Of a stretch of DNA of 64,000 nucleotides, positions 1 through 12,049 are shown piece after piece (position 1 is the stretch's first letter; each line of letters starts with the position of its first letter). This stretch comes from Macrostomum lignano. Taxonomy: Eukaryota. A model generated the notes under the pieces. It saw only the letters and a list, made by a program, of their open reading frames with translations. It was not told the origin of the DNA and did not search any database. The stretch is from assembly GCA_002269645.1 (NCBI GenBank), contig NIVC01000606.1, positions 62,001 through 126,000 of the forward strand, in the 5' to 3' direction. The translations under genes were made by a program, and so were the position numbers.

Positions 1-540
1 GCGTTCTAAAAAATTTCCATCTTGACTTTCAATGTCAATTAAAAGCTAACTAGCTGATTAGGGTTTTAATTAGTTTTCCCTGTTCTGAAACTATGTTCCT
101 CGGAGTATGTCTCAATTAAATAAATAAATGTGTATTTACTTGGCCTAGTAAATTAAATCCTTATTCTACAAGAATCAAATCAAGTTCACCAGATACTACT
201 TATACCACAGTGCATGAGTAGCGACATTGAAATCAGCACAAATACTGTGGTTTATATTATAGTTGAATTATTTTATGACATTGTAAATTTGTAACACAAC
301 TTTTCAGAGACTTTTCAGAGTGAGGGGAAACCAGAACCATCTCTCAACACTGGACCTGTCAATGGGCAGTTGCTGTACTTGATTAAAACCGTGCCTCCGC
401 GCAGGCTGAGCGACACGGCCTGGCCATGGGGCGTTGCCTGGGGGGGGGGGCACAGTCAAGAATTCAACATGTACATGTGCATGTGCATTACATGACTAGA
501 TTCCTACAGTTCCATTACTTTGAGAATCGTGTTGTCAGCG

Positions 541-930
541 CTCATTTTGGCACCGCAGTATTGGTCATTTTAGCGCCACAGGTTCTCATTTTGGCGCCGA
601 AGGCACTCATTTTGGCGCCGCAAACACTCATTTTGGTGCCACAGACACTCATTTTGGTGCCACAGACACTCATTTTTGTGCCAAAGGCACTCATTTTGGT
701 GCCGCAGACACTCATTTTGGTGCCGCAGACACTCATTTTGGTGCCGCAGACACTCATTTTGGTGCCGCACTCATTTTGGCGCTGCAGACACTCTGCATTT
801 TGGTGCCACATGCACTCATTTTGGTGCCACATGCACTCATTTTGGTGCCACAGGCACTCATTTTGGCGCTGCAGACACTCATTTTGGTGCTACAGGCACT
901 CATTTTGGTGCCACAGGCACTCATTTTGTC
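541..930. repeat. 21-bp minisatellite (CTCATTTTGGTGCCGCAGACA-like), ~18 copies
   Basis: Directly visible tandem units; explains the overlapping 7-aa-periodic ORFs at 426-1023. Confidence 0.95.
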
Positions 931-2201
931 CCCCCCCCCCACCATAAAATCCATTCGACGCCCCTGCTGGCAGTATAGATACTTATAAATATTTATTAAA
1001 GTGGAAACTTCTTTCAGTAGCAAAAGACTATATTTGCTCGATGGAGACCTTGTGTTGTATATATGAGGTGATTCTTAAATTTTTATGTTGATAAGTTAAT
1101 TGTCAGCACTACTCAATTTTATTCTTAATTAATTTCTCTCTCCTGATCTCACTGCCACCCTGCTTCTGCTGTAACTCGAAAGATGTAAAATAACTCGATC
1201 TACATGTACATACAATTCTGCAATTGACTTTGTTGCAGTCAATTAATGTTACGTACCGTAAGCATACATTCGCAATTCGGGAAAATGACGAAATTATTAA
1301 TCTGCTGTATTCATGCAGACGAGATTTAGATATCGAAAAGCATTTCTTATGTACATGTACATGTAGGCTTTCTCTTAACAATAAAAATGTGCCAAAAAAG
1401 TGCAAAATTTAATGTAAATTACAGTACACCTCCTTGAAAAATGCCTAGCAAACATGCGGAAAAACATGTTGAATAAATGTGCCGTACGGACATGAGGAAT
1501 ATGTGCAATATAAAATTGGAATAACGTGCGGAATATAGCTAGGCTTTAATTCATATACCGATTTCACATTCTGGAAGCAGAATCGGTTTAGATGATCTCT
1601 TCCAAAAAAGCAGTATAATTATTTAACTTTGTTGGACGTTTGGCTGCCTAAACAGCCTCACTTTGCCCAGTTTTTTACTTTCTTCTTGACTATATATTGT
1701 CATTCAATAATTACAACTTTATAGCACACGTATATAGCACGTTAACAAAGTTATACTTTACAAGTTGGATCTGGTTCAAGAACTAGAAAAAGCGATATGA
1801 AAAGGCCCTAACATGCGGACAACGTGCGGAATATAACATATGCAGCGTAAGTTATTCACGTCAAAGATGCGCAAAAACAAGAGTTTAACAAATGAAAGCA
1901 AACATCAGCATAAATAATAGCATGAACTTAATTTAAATATACATTTGAGTTGTAGCTTTAGACTGGTTTGTTGTCGTTGTTGTTGTTGATGTTTTATATT
2001 AGCTCTAATTATTTATCTTCAGCTCCAATTTGAATTTAATGGCATTGTGTGCATCGCGCGAGAGTTAATTCACATGCCTAATTTCATGTGGTGGGTTTCC
2101 CGACAGATATTTTTTCCTTTGAACAGATAATTCAAACAAAAAAATTAATTCATGTTTCGGGATGCATTCCTTACTTTAGATGACGCCAGATTCGGCTTTA
2201 A

Positions 2202-2291
2202 AGACGCAGCGAGCGATAAAGCAGTTTTGGTTCATCTTGGTTGAAGATCGTTGATCAACTAAAACTCTGATTTATCGCTGTCGCTGCGTCT
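2202..2291. other. Isolated ~90-nt imperfect hairpin
   Basis: 5' arm GACGCAGCGAGCGATAAAGCAGTTTTGGTTCATC pairs with 3' arm GATCAACTAAAACTCTGATTTATCGCTGTCGCTGCGTC; ~16-nt loop. Confidence 0.55.
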
Positions 2292-3509
2292 CTATGCTTT
2301 CATCATTTGCTCTGGAACTTTTATCACTTCTTGACGCATGACGCATTTCTCAGCTTTGCAATGGCATCTTAGACACATGATTGTCTTTTTGTAGTTCCCC
2401 AAATATTTTCTTCCAAAATTTGTTTAAAAGGGGTGCCACTGAATTTGTGTTTAATTGACACACTTTGCATTCATGCCATTGTTTTTTCTTTAGGACAGAA
2501 AATTTCTGCTTTTAAAATTTTAAAGCTGAATGTGGTGTCAGAGTAAGAAATGCATCCTGAAACATGAATTCATTTTTTGTTTGAATTATCAGTTTGAAGG
2601 AAAAATATCTGTCAGGAAACCCATATATGCTGCATATGCATATTTCTTTTCTCCATTAATTATGCCAAGTCAAGTTTTATTGATGAATAGCAATAGGCCT
2701 AGTCCAATTTTTTTACCATAAATGCATCTATACCTCTTGCAATTTAATTACTCAAGCTTAAATTTGACAGTTAAATAAACTTAAAAATATTGAAAAATCA
2801 CAAATAGTTCTTTATAATTTATGACATTTTTATGAGCTTAGTATCAAAAAATATTAAATCCATGTTTTCAAAATATGTATTGTCTAACTCCATTTTGATA
2901 TTACTATAATACATTTTTTGATCGAGAAAAATTTACCCAATAGAAAGTTCTACTAATAGGGTATCTCATACCCATATAGCTAGTACTAAAAATGAGACAT
3001 TTCTATCTATCTAGGTATGCCATAGTTAGAATTGTGTATTAATATACACTGGGTTTAATATTAGAAAAAAGGACAAGATCTGTTTGTATGCTGGCTTTAT
3101 GCACCAACACAAAAAATATTATTTGACACAATGTATCTACTGTGTTATATATGCTAGGATATACCCTAATGTACATTGAAAAATGATGAGACCCTTTCCC
3201 TTGTTTTTTTGAGCATCTATTGCCTATGGATCCCTAAAGTTCCTTAAATTCTTGGCATTCACTGCCTCTCTTGGACTAGGTAACATAAATTGTCTTAAAA
3301 GCTTATCAAAATTGAAGCTTATCAAGTAATTGCTTAATTACTTCCAAGCTTTAGTGGGTAAAATTTAGGTTCAAATTCTTCTACTGATGCAAGGTTTGCA
3401 ACAACATAGGCAGGATTGACACATAGTGATGCAGCTAGTGCAGATACATTTAGTGCTGACATAAAATAAATAAATGTTGATGCTAATGTAGACATATTAT
3501 ATATAGGTG

Positions 3510-4189
3510 TGCTAGGCCTCTTGGCTCTTTCCTATAAAGTCCTAATTCTTAGCCTCTGTCTTGTCCTTATGCTACCACCAAAGTTGTTCTAGGGCTAGCT
3601 TTCTACACTAATCTTTAAGTTTTCTTGTTAAGTTGGTAGCTGCCACCAGGATTATCCTATTAATAAATTATGAGTTTATCAATCTTAGAAAAATCCGAGA
3701 AACATTTCTTAGAATTGATCTAAGTATATATCTTAGTATTTATTCTGAGTATTTAGTTTGAGTATTTATCTGAGTATTATTCTTGGAAACTGTTAGCCCT
3801 TAAAGATTTTATTCCTCTATTATTCTGGTAGCATTTATTCTGATTCTGGTAGCATTTACTGTACTTTTGGACTGAGTGGTCTATTGGCTATACTGGTATA
3901 TATATTTCATGTACTTTGCAAGTCCTTGGGCATTAACAAGATCAGAGGGTCCCAGCCTCAGGTTATTCTTACACATATCACTTCAGATCTACTTTGTATA
4001 TTCTTACTACTCAATTCTGCTACTTCTTGGTAGTATGTACTATATACACTTCAGTCTACTTCGGTCTTACTTCGTAAAAGGAATTAACATAAAAAGCACT
4101 TCTTCAATTCTTATTTTCTCAGAACTCTTACTATTCGCTATCAATCACTTATTGCAGAACCTTGATGCGCAAGGTTGTCTTATCCTACG
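3510..4189 (-). pseudogene. Candidate exon of hypermutated pseudogene
   Basis: Acceptor GTTTTCAG at 4190; the phase-0 frame runs ~220 codons without an evident frameshift (..KIRIEEVLFMLIPFTK*DRSRL..YSE*ILRYILRSILRNVSRIFLRLINS*FINRIILVAATNLTRKLKD*..); stops mostly TAA/TAG; only 2 CpG seen in 2401-4020. Confidence 0.5.
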
Positions 4190-4399
4190 CTGAAAACACT
4201 TCTATTTATACTAAAATTTAATATAGATTTAAACAAAAATATAATTGTGTAAAATATTATGAAGAATATAAGTATTAAAGCAAAAATTGTGTCTTAGTTT
4301 TGGCGTAAATTCAAGTTCACTTAATTGGTAACTATTTTATACAGTAATTGGGAGGAGCCCTGTACATAGGTATACTATGCATGTCTTTGCATTGGGACT

Positions 4400-4680
4400 A
4401 TTTGCCAACTTTGGGGATCAACATCCAATATACTAAAAATGGTCTGTCTGTGTCTATGTGATCAATTAGAGAAAAAATGGCTGGACCGATTTTGTTCAAA
4501 CTTGCACTGTTCGATCAGAAATTTTCCCGTGACTGTACATGCATCGTGGCTAAGAAATTGCTCGATGCTAAAGGCATTAAATATTCGAAAAACATGCTTT
4601 TTTGCAAAGGTCAAGCAAACTTTTCGACTTGAAATGTATTGTAGCTCGTAAGAATGCTAGAGAAAAAAACTGAATGGTTG
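4400..4680. mobile_element. Possible Helentron/DINE-1-like non-autonomous element fragment
   Basis: GTCTGTCTGT tract followed by GGCTGGACCGATTTTGTTCAAACTT, a layout typical of DINE/HINE elements; ends not defined. Confidence 0.3.
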
Positions 4681-5044
4681 AATTCTGACTCTGAAATAGA
4701 TTGCATCATAACTGAATTGTAACTTCAACTTGAATTGAGAATGCAGTGTGGAAGCGTAGCACCAGACTTGATTTAAATTGCGTAACCATATTGTTAACTG
4801 ATACTGACTGACTGAGAAACTGATTATGTCATAACTGCTTCATGTGATTTACTCTATGCTTGGATTTTAGAGTGTTGAATTATATAAGTGAAAAATTTGA
4901 TGATATCAAAACAATGAGAGCTAGCCTAGAGGTGAACAAATTGAACTGCTAAATGCAGCGACGATGGTTAGAATTTTCATAGTGTATAATTTTTTTAATT
5001 AAAGCTTTTCAACGTCAGGAAAACTAAAAGACTTTTTAAAAAGA

Positions 5045-6105
5045 ATCGTCATGTGAAAATAATAGAAGCGTCATGTAAAAAATCGTAGAAGCGTCATTTA
5101 AAAAATTATAGAAGCGTCATATAAAAATCATAAATGCATCATTAAAAGAATCATTGAAGCGTCACGTAAACAATCATAAAAGCGTCATGTAAAAAATCAT
5201 AGAAGCGTCATGTAAAAATCATAGAAGCGTCATGTAAACAATCATAGAAGCGTCATATAAAAATCTTAAAAGCGTCATGTAAAAAATCATAGAAGTGTCA
5301 TGTAAAAAATCATAGAAGCGTCATTTAAAAAAATCATAAAAGCGTCATTTAAAACATCATAGAAGCATCATGTAAAAAATCATAGAAGCGTCATGTAAAC
5401 AATCATAGAAGCGTCATGTAGAAATCATAGAAGCGTCATGTAAAAAATCATAGAAACGTCATGTAGAAAAATCATAGAAGCGTCATGTAAACAATCATAG
5501 AAGCGTCATGTAAAAATTGTAGAAGCGTCATTTAAAAATCATAGAAGCGTCATTTAAAAAAATCATAGAAGCGTCATGTAAAAAAGTCATAGAAGTGTCA
5601 TGTAAACAATCATAGAAGCGTCCTGTAAACAATCATAGAAGCGTCATGTAAAAAAATCATAGAAGCGTCATGTAAAAAAATCATACAAGCGTCATGTAAA
5701 AAAGTATAGAAGCGTCATGTAGACAATCATAGAAGCGTCATGTAAAAATCATAAAAGCGTCATGTAAAAAATCATAGAAGCGTCATGTAAAAAATCATAG
5801 AAGCGTCATGTAAAAACATCATAGAAACGTCATGTAAACAATCATAGAAGCGTCATGTAAAAATTACAAAACTTATACAAAACTTATTACAAAACTTATA
5901 TAAAAACTAATGGAAGTGTCAAACATCAAAAGCTAATGAGCTAAAAACATCATAGAAACGTCATATAAACAATCATAGAAGCGTCATGTAAAAAATCATA
6001 GAAGCCTTATATAAAAACTAATGGAAGTGTCATTTTAGAAATCATAGAAGCGTCATGTAAAAATCAAAAGAAGCGTCATGTCAGACATGAAAGAAGTGTC
6101 ATGTA
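5045..6105. repeat. 22-24 bp minisatellite (AATCATAGAAGCGTCATGTAAAA)
   Basis: Visible tandem units varying in A-run length; retains its CpG; a short related tract lies at 7380-7470. Confidence 0.95.
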
Positions 6106-6119
6106 AAAATTAAATGAAG

Positions 6120-7620
6120 CTATTGTGCTGTGCTGGGGAGAATTACTGAGATGTCAAGGCTCACAGAGAATAACTGAGATTAGAGGGGGGGGTTTCTGAG
6201 ATGTCAAAGCAAAAGTCAGAAGCTACTTCAAAGTACATGTAGTTTACTCAATTTTTTTATTACCTTCTTTGTTGGCTCGCCACAGGGGGGGGGGCGCTGA
6301 TAGAAGAAGAGTCATGTAAAAAAGAAAAGAAGCACTATGTATACATAAAAGAAGAGTCATATCGAAGTTAAAATATTCATTTGGGAATTGCTACAATGTC
6401 AAGGCTTGGAGGGAATCGCTATAGTGCTGTGATTCTTAAAGAAGGAATCACTAAAATGTCAAGGCTTAAGGGAGAAGAATTGTTGAGATTTCAAGGTTTT
6501 AGGTTGGGTTAAAGTTAGGTTTAGTTCCGGTGTGGGTTGAGGGTTAGATTTTAGCGGGTTTCAAGGTTAACAGGGGATTTTTCAGATATCAAGGTTTATG
6601 GGGGCATTGCTGACATTTCAAGGCTTACGAGGGGAATAGCTGAGATGTCAAGGCTCATGGGGGAATAAATGAGATGTCAAGGCTAAAGTCAGAAGCTACA
6701 TGTAGTCTATTGAAAACTTTTTTTCATTATTTGTTGGCTCCTCACGGGAGGGATCGCTGATAGAAAAAGCGTAATGTAAAAAATAAGAAGCTTCATGTCG
6801 AAGTTAAGAGATTCATTTGGGAATCCCTACGATGTCGAGGCTTGCATGGAATCGCTATAATGCTGTAGTAGTGCTATAATGACTCTTAGAGAGAATTACT
6901 GAAATGTCAATGCTTTAGGGTTAGGTTAGGTTAGGGTTAGGGTTAGAAAGTTGACAGATTTTTTTAGATTTCATGGCTTATGGGGAGCATCACTGAGATG
7001 TCAAGGGGAAGTTGAAATGTTAAAGCTTGTGGGGGGGGGGAATTACTGACATGTCAAGGCTTACAAGGGACTGCTTGCAAAGCAGTATATTATTGCAAAG
7101 AGATGCAAATATTGCAGAGAGATATTGCAAAGTGATGCTACATGTAGCTTATTACAAAACTTGTACTGCATTTTTTGGCTCCCCAACGCTAAGATACTAA
7201 GCTAAAAAAATACTATTAGCGCTTCACAAACTTATACAGATGTCAGGCTGTAGGGTTAGTGTTAGTGTTGGTGTTAGGGTATATGGTTAGGGTTAGGGTT
7301 ATAGCGTTAAGATTCGGGTTAGTGCTAGGGTTAGGGTAGCTTATAACTTAGCTCATGTAGCTTATTAAAAATGTTTAGCATAGAAGCGTCATGCAAAAAT
7401 CATGGAAGCGTCATGTGAAAAATAATGGAAGAGTCATGCAAAAAATCATAGAAGCATCATGCAAAAACTCATGGACAAAATATTAAATTTAGGGTTATGT
7501 TTAGGGTTAGGGTTAGGGCCATTAGAAGTTTGACAGGAGATTTTTTAAGATTTCAGGGCTACATGTAGCTTATTAAAAAACGTTTATTTCATTTCTTTAG
7601 CTCCCCAACGGGGGGCGTAG
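6120..7620. repeat. Diverged higher-order repeat (~470-bp units) with interstitial TTAGGG-like tracts
   Basis: 6197-6560 aligns with 6669-6960 (AGTCAGAAGCTAC..TTGGCTC..GCTGATAGAA..TCGAAGTTAA..ATTCATTTGGGAAT); (TTAGGG)-like runs at 6915-6946, 7252-7338 and 7489-7518. Confidence 0.75.
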
Positions 7621-7709
7621 ATTGCTAGTAACTACTTCTATAAGTAGAAGCCTTCATGTTGAAACTACTTTTCCTAGAGGTTTGTGGCCTCAAATGCCAG
7701 CCCTCATAC

Positions 7710-7931
7710 TTTAGTTTTCCTGTTAGGTTGGTATTGGGGCAAGCTAACAAGTTTAACATATAATATTAATAATCTATCTATTTTTGCTAACTCATGCACT
7801 TATTTCCATGTGTATGCAGTTTCCAACCTTTTCATTTCTCCAAAAAAGTACAATTATGATCATTGATATAGCATAATTTTGAATTACTATAAATTTGCTA
7901 TCTGTTTGGTAATTTCTGAAGTTACAGGTGC
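7710..7931 (-). pseudogene. Candidate exon of hypermutated pseudogene (222 nt, phase 0-0)
   Basis: Acceptor AACTTTAG at 7932, donor GTATGA at 7709; APVTSEITKQIANL**FKIMLYQ*S*LYFFGEMKRLETAYTWK*VHELAKIDRLLILYVKLVSLPQYQPNRKTK. Confidence 0.45.
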
Positions 7932-8428
7932 CTAAAGTTAAAATGTAGACATTTTAATGGCAGAAATTCAATAGCATCTTTGCCAGTATATTTTAGGCAA
8001 AAAACACTATTAAAGAAATGAAAATAATTTTTTACTATGAAAAATCATAAATTTTCAACCAAAAGTCATTATATTTTGATTGCATTTTTTTATTTTGAAA
8101 AAAAGTTTGCTGCCAGTGTTCTGCTATAGTGTTATTAGAAAGCTAGCAGTTTTCTAGCATTTATCCTAGTGAATGCATTTAATTATAAATAGGCTAATTT
8201 TAGTATAATAATGCATGCAATCAACTTTTAGGCTTTTACTTCAATGCTATTATACTATGATATAAAAGTATATTGTCATTGACTATATTTACTGACTATA
8301 TGATTACTGTCTTTTATTTATTTCTTTATTTTATATTCACCTTTATAAATGTACATTCAGTATCATAGGCTTTTATACTACTTGCTCTTGTGCCAATTTC
8401 TATTGCCATTAGTGCAGTATAGTAATAC

Positions 8429-8800
8429 CTAAAGTTATGATAGCCTGCTTAATACAAACTTGGCAATGTTGCTACTATTGCTATAATCAAAGCATTTGGT
8501 CAACTTTGTTAGATAGGAGCCAAAATTCTTTTATAATTAGGTCAGGTTTGCTTTGATTTGCTTGCTAATATTCCATTCTAGGTACATTAGGTTTAGGCAT
8601 GCTGTTTTTATTGTAGCTATCGCACTTGCTATGACTTGCATGTCAAATAGAATTAACTGTCTGCTATACAGAAACAAGAGTCTAGTCTCTGCTTGCATAT
8701 GCATAATGCTAAATTCAGGGTCCACAATAGAGGCATAGCAACAAATTTCCTATAGGGCAGATACACCAAGGCAAACTTTCTACGGAAGGATACCCATTGG
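8429..8800 (-). pseudogene. Candidate exon of hypermutated pseudogene
   Basis: Continuous frame MGILP*KVCLGVSAL*EICCYASIVDPEF..LEWNISKQIKANLT*L*KNFGSYLTKLTKCFDYSNSSNIAKFVLSRLS*L*; 6 stops, all TAA/TAG; possible TAG|GTATTA donor; acceptor not identifiable. Confidence 0.55.
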
Positions 8801-8809
8801 ATTTTGAGT

Positions 8810-9930
8810 TTTTAAAGTAGGCATGAAAGGTGAAGAGTTTTGCACCTTCTGCCTCACTTTCGCCTCTTTTAGGCCTATTTTGTGCCACTTGTGCACTTTT
8901 TGTTCACCTGAATGTCTGCAGGGTCAGAAGGTGAATTTAAGGCACGAACTAGGCAATAGGGGCACAGGTGTCATAGGGGAATTAGGTGCATAAAAGGTGC
9001 ACAATGTGCGTTGAGGCACAAAAGGTGCATAGTGTGCGTTGAGGCACAAAAGGTGAACAAAGTAGGAATTGGGGGCATTGGTGGAGTGAAAAGTGAAAAA
9101 AAGGTACGCTGTGGTGGAGGTGCATAAAAAGTGTACAGTGTACACTGGAGGCATAAAAGGTAAATAAAAGGTGCACAGTGGGCACTTTAGGCGTAGAGGC
9201 AATGCAAGGTGCATTAAAGTTTCAACTTGCAAAGTTCTTTGCTACCTTTTCTCACTATTTGAAATTTTTCCTCACTAATGCAAACCTTTTCATCACTTTT
9301 TAGAACTTTTCCTGAGTATTTGAAAGTCATTAAAACTTATCAGTATAGGAGATGTTTACTTTCGTGGTTTGTCAAGAGTAGGAAGGGGATAGCAGCATTA
9401 GTATATATGTAAATAAAGCTTTTCTATGTTCAATTGGTGTATGCAATGTACAAGTATGTAACTCTCAGTTAATTTTTTGTTACAAATTATTAATGCGTTA
9501 ATATTTGTGCACAGGCATGGAAGGTGAGCGAGGTGCACAGAAGAGGCACTTTAGGGGTCTATTTCGAGCGTGTTTTGGAAATGCACCTGTATACATATTT
9601 ACGCCGCACATGTACACCTTATGTACCTCTAATTCACCTTTCATGCACTTTCTGCGCCCTTTCAGCACCTTTCATGCACCTGCTGTGCCTCACTTGTGAA
9701 CCTGCTGTTCACCTTTTGTGCACCTCCAGTGTCCCTTACGCACCTTTACTGCCCCTACCGCCGCAACCAATCAAAATTGAGAATTCACCTACTGCCTGAC
9801 ACTTCACCAATTTTACACCTTTCATGCCTCTTTTCAAAAATATTAGTGACATTTAGGCATAAAAGGTGCACTCAGGTGCATTTCCAAAACACACAAAATA
9901 GGCCACTAAAGTGCCTCTTATGTGACTCTT
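8810..9930. mobile_element. Foldback/MITE-like element with inverted subterminal repeats
   Basis: AGGCATGAAAGGTG (8819-8832) is inverted at 9816-9829; GGTGCAYAAAAGGTG motifs occur in opposite orientation in the two halves; 9535-9590 is inverted at 9870-9925. Confidence 0.55.
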
Positions 9931-10398
9931 TTGGATACACCAAGGTAAAAGTGCTATGACAGAGTCACATGGTAGCATATATAGCAACTAAAAAGTTTTG
10001 GTCAGGCTCTTCAGTGGATACATCCCCCTATCCCCCCTTCCCTATACCCTTAGTCCACAGCAGCATGAACTAGCATTGCTTTTGTTAGATTCAGATTGAT
10101 AAACAAATGCAGACACTGGTTTAGTATTTTGCAGCTATATCTGCATCTGCTATTAAAATATAGCCAAGTTTTTTGCTACAGACTTGGTGCAAAATTGCAC
10201 CCTATGCTTACTTTCATAGTGTAATTTTAAAGCTCAAAATGCAATTTCTCTTTTTTGTTATTTTAAGGCAATGCAAAATGAGGCTTCAATGGAAAAATAG
10301 GTTATGAAACCACACCTAAATGGCACCTACTTTTTAATTTCAGGGTGCAATTTTTAAATTTAAGATGCAAATGCACACTCTGCACACAAAAAATAAAC

Positions 10399-11176
10399 CT
10401 AGAATGTAGCACTGATTGCAAGTGGTATGGTTAAACTTGATATTATTGAAATAAATAAAGATTGTGATGCAATAAATGGCATAGATATGAATGATTTAAG
10501 ATGGTGAGAATTAAATATAATACTAGTGTCCATGCTGCTATTGCCATCTGGTATGACTAATAGTTTTGCAGTTATTGTTATAGGCTTATGGCTCTTGCAA
10601 GTCTCATTGACACTGACAATTCTAATATCATGGTACTTGACACCCATATTCATTAGGATGGTACTTTCACAAGTCAATGCTATAGTCTATGCTGCAGCAG
10701 CAGCTTCACTATCAACTAGCCTAGTACTCTCTTTAGATGCAAATTCACATTTAGACTCAGACACACTGGTTTTAGCTTTAGAACCACAATTAGGATCTTT
10801 AGAAAATTCAAAGTCATAGTCCTATTTTAAAGATACTGCTGTGATTTTCTCTATAAGGTCCCTGATAGTTGGATTAGTTGACATATTCCAATAAGATGGC
10901 ATTCTGGCAGTCCTAGATCGAGGAATTTCATGGCATGAAGCATGCCATTTTTCTCCATCATAGATTTGACTAGTGTGACAGTGTTCCACTATAAGGGGGG
11001 TCAATGTGCCATAGCCATAAGCAAAACTATGGCTTATTCTAATTCTCCATATTCTGTAGTCATAGGGACTCAAATATTATCATATCCCTTTAGTTCCCAT
11101 TGCTATAGCCGTAGTTTTGACAAAAAGTCTAGGAAACAAAATATTTTGAATCAAGAAGATAACCTGGTGCTGCAAA
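10399..11176 (-). pseudogene. Exon of hypermutated pseudogene
   Basis: Acceptor AATTTGCAG at 11177; 259 codons in one frame with only 5 stops (4 TAR, 1 TGA) in AT-rich DNA; merges track ORFs 10822-11073 and 10399-10677; ends TTC TAG|GT. Confidence 0.7.
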
Positions 11177-11279
11177 CTGCAAATTAAGGTAGAAAATATA
11201 ACAAACACTCAATTGCCTTTGTAAGATAAGTTTCTAAGTCTATAATACAGTTAACCAAAGGATCTTTGTTTTACTTTAC

Positions 11280-11759
11280 CTGTTTCTAATATTTTTTTAA
11301 TTAATAACTATGGCTATAGGAATCTATGGAGTGTGACAACAACTACTATATTTCTGTAGTGGTAGCCATTAGAGCAGCTATCTACTATAGTCATATCTGT
11401 AGTTGCCATAGGCACCTATTTTTACCATTTTTGCCATAAGATCCTGTAGCCATAGCCATAGCTACAGCAGAACACTAGCGACAGTTAACAGTATATAGTC
11501 TTATATAACATTTGAAATTATTTCCTACAAATGATGTATACAAGGGAAGCAATACTAAACTAGCAGAATCAGCTTCTATTCTAGCTTTAGCTGCTTAAGT
11601 GTCTTTGCTTTTGCAAGGCATTGGCTACTACTGCTATGCTGTTTTTGTTGTGATGCACTATTAATCCTTTTTATTTTGTTTGCCATGGGTGAACACCATA
11701 GACATTGACAATGGTTAGGATTTTGGATTTTAAGCTACAGTAAGAGCTGACTTGAGTAG
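11280..11759 (-). pseudogene. Exon of hypermutated pseudogene (480 nt, phase 2-2)
   Basis: Pyrimidine tract plus AG at 11760 and AG|GTAAAG donor at 11279; splices in frame over a 103-bp intron to the 11176 exon; 10 in-frame stops, all TAA/TAG. Confidence 0.65.
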
Positions 11760-12049
11760 CTAAAGAAATAAAGGAATAAAAAGAAAGATGAAAAAGGCCT
11801 CATTGTCTCAAAGTCAATATTTTTAAATATTTTATATATATTTATATTTTTAGTCAATATCAATATCAATATTTTTGCTCTCATCAAGTAATATACTATA
11901 TGTATGTAAAATTATGTATTCAATAATTTAGTTTAAGTGAGGGGTTTAAGTCTATGTGTAAAAAGTCTACAACGATTCAATTTCTTATTGCTATAGTATT
12001 ATGTATTACTTTGTTCTCATGCCAAGTGCACTCAGAAATTTAGAGTGGG

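Noticed and set aside
420-966. Possible TIR element around the 21-bp array (right end GACGCCCCTG)
   Set aside because: No convincing matching left TIR or TSD found.
8341-8428. Extension of the 8800 pseudo-exon to the AG|GTGAAT donor at 8340
   Set aside because: This gives phase 1, which does not fit the most protein-like frame of the next exon; the 8429 boundary is preferred but uncertain.
3510-11759. Alternative genetic code (TAA/TAG=Gln, ciliate-type contaminant or HGT) as the explanation for the in-frame stops
   Set aside because: In-frame TGA also occurs, CpG loss and K/N/I/S/Y skew are not explained by recoding, and the block is contiguous with standard-code genes and host-type repeats; not formally excluded without reads.
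11290-11760. Plus-strand reading of the same block as the real gene
   Set aside because: It is the in-register antisense shadow; only the minus strand has matching acceptor/donor sites and an in-frame junction.
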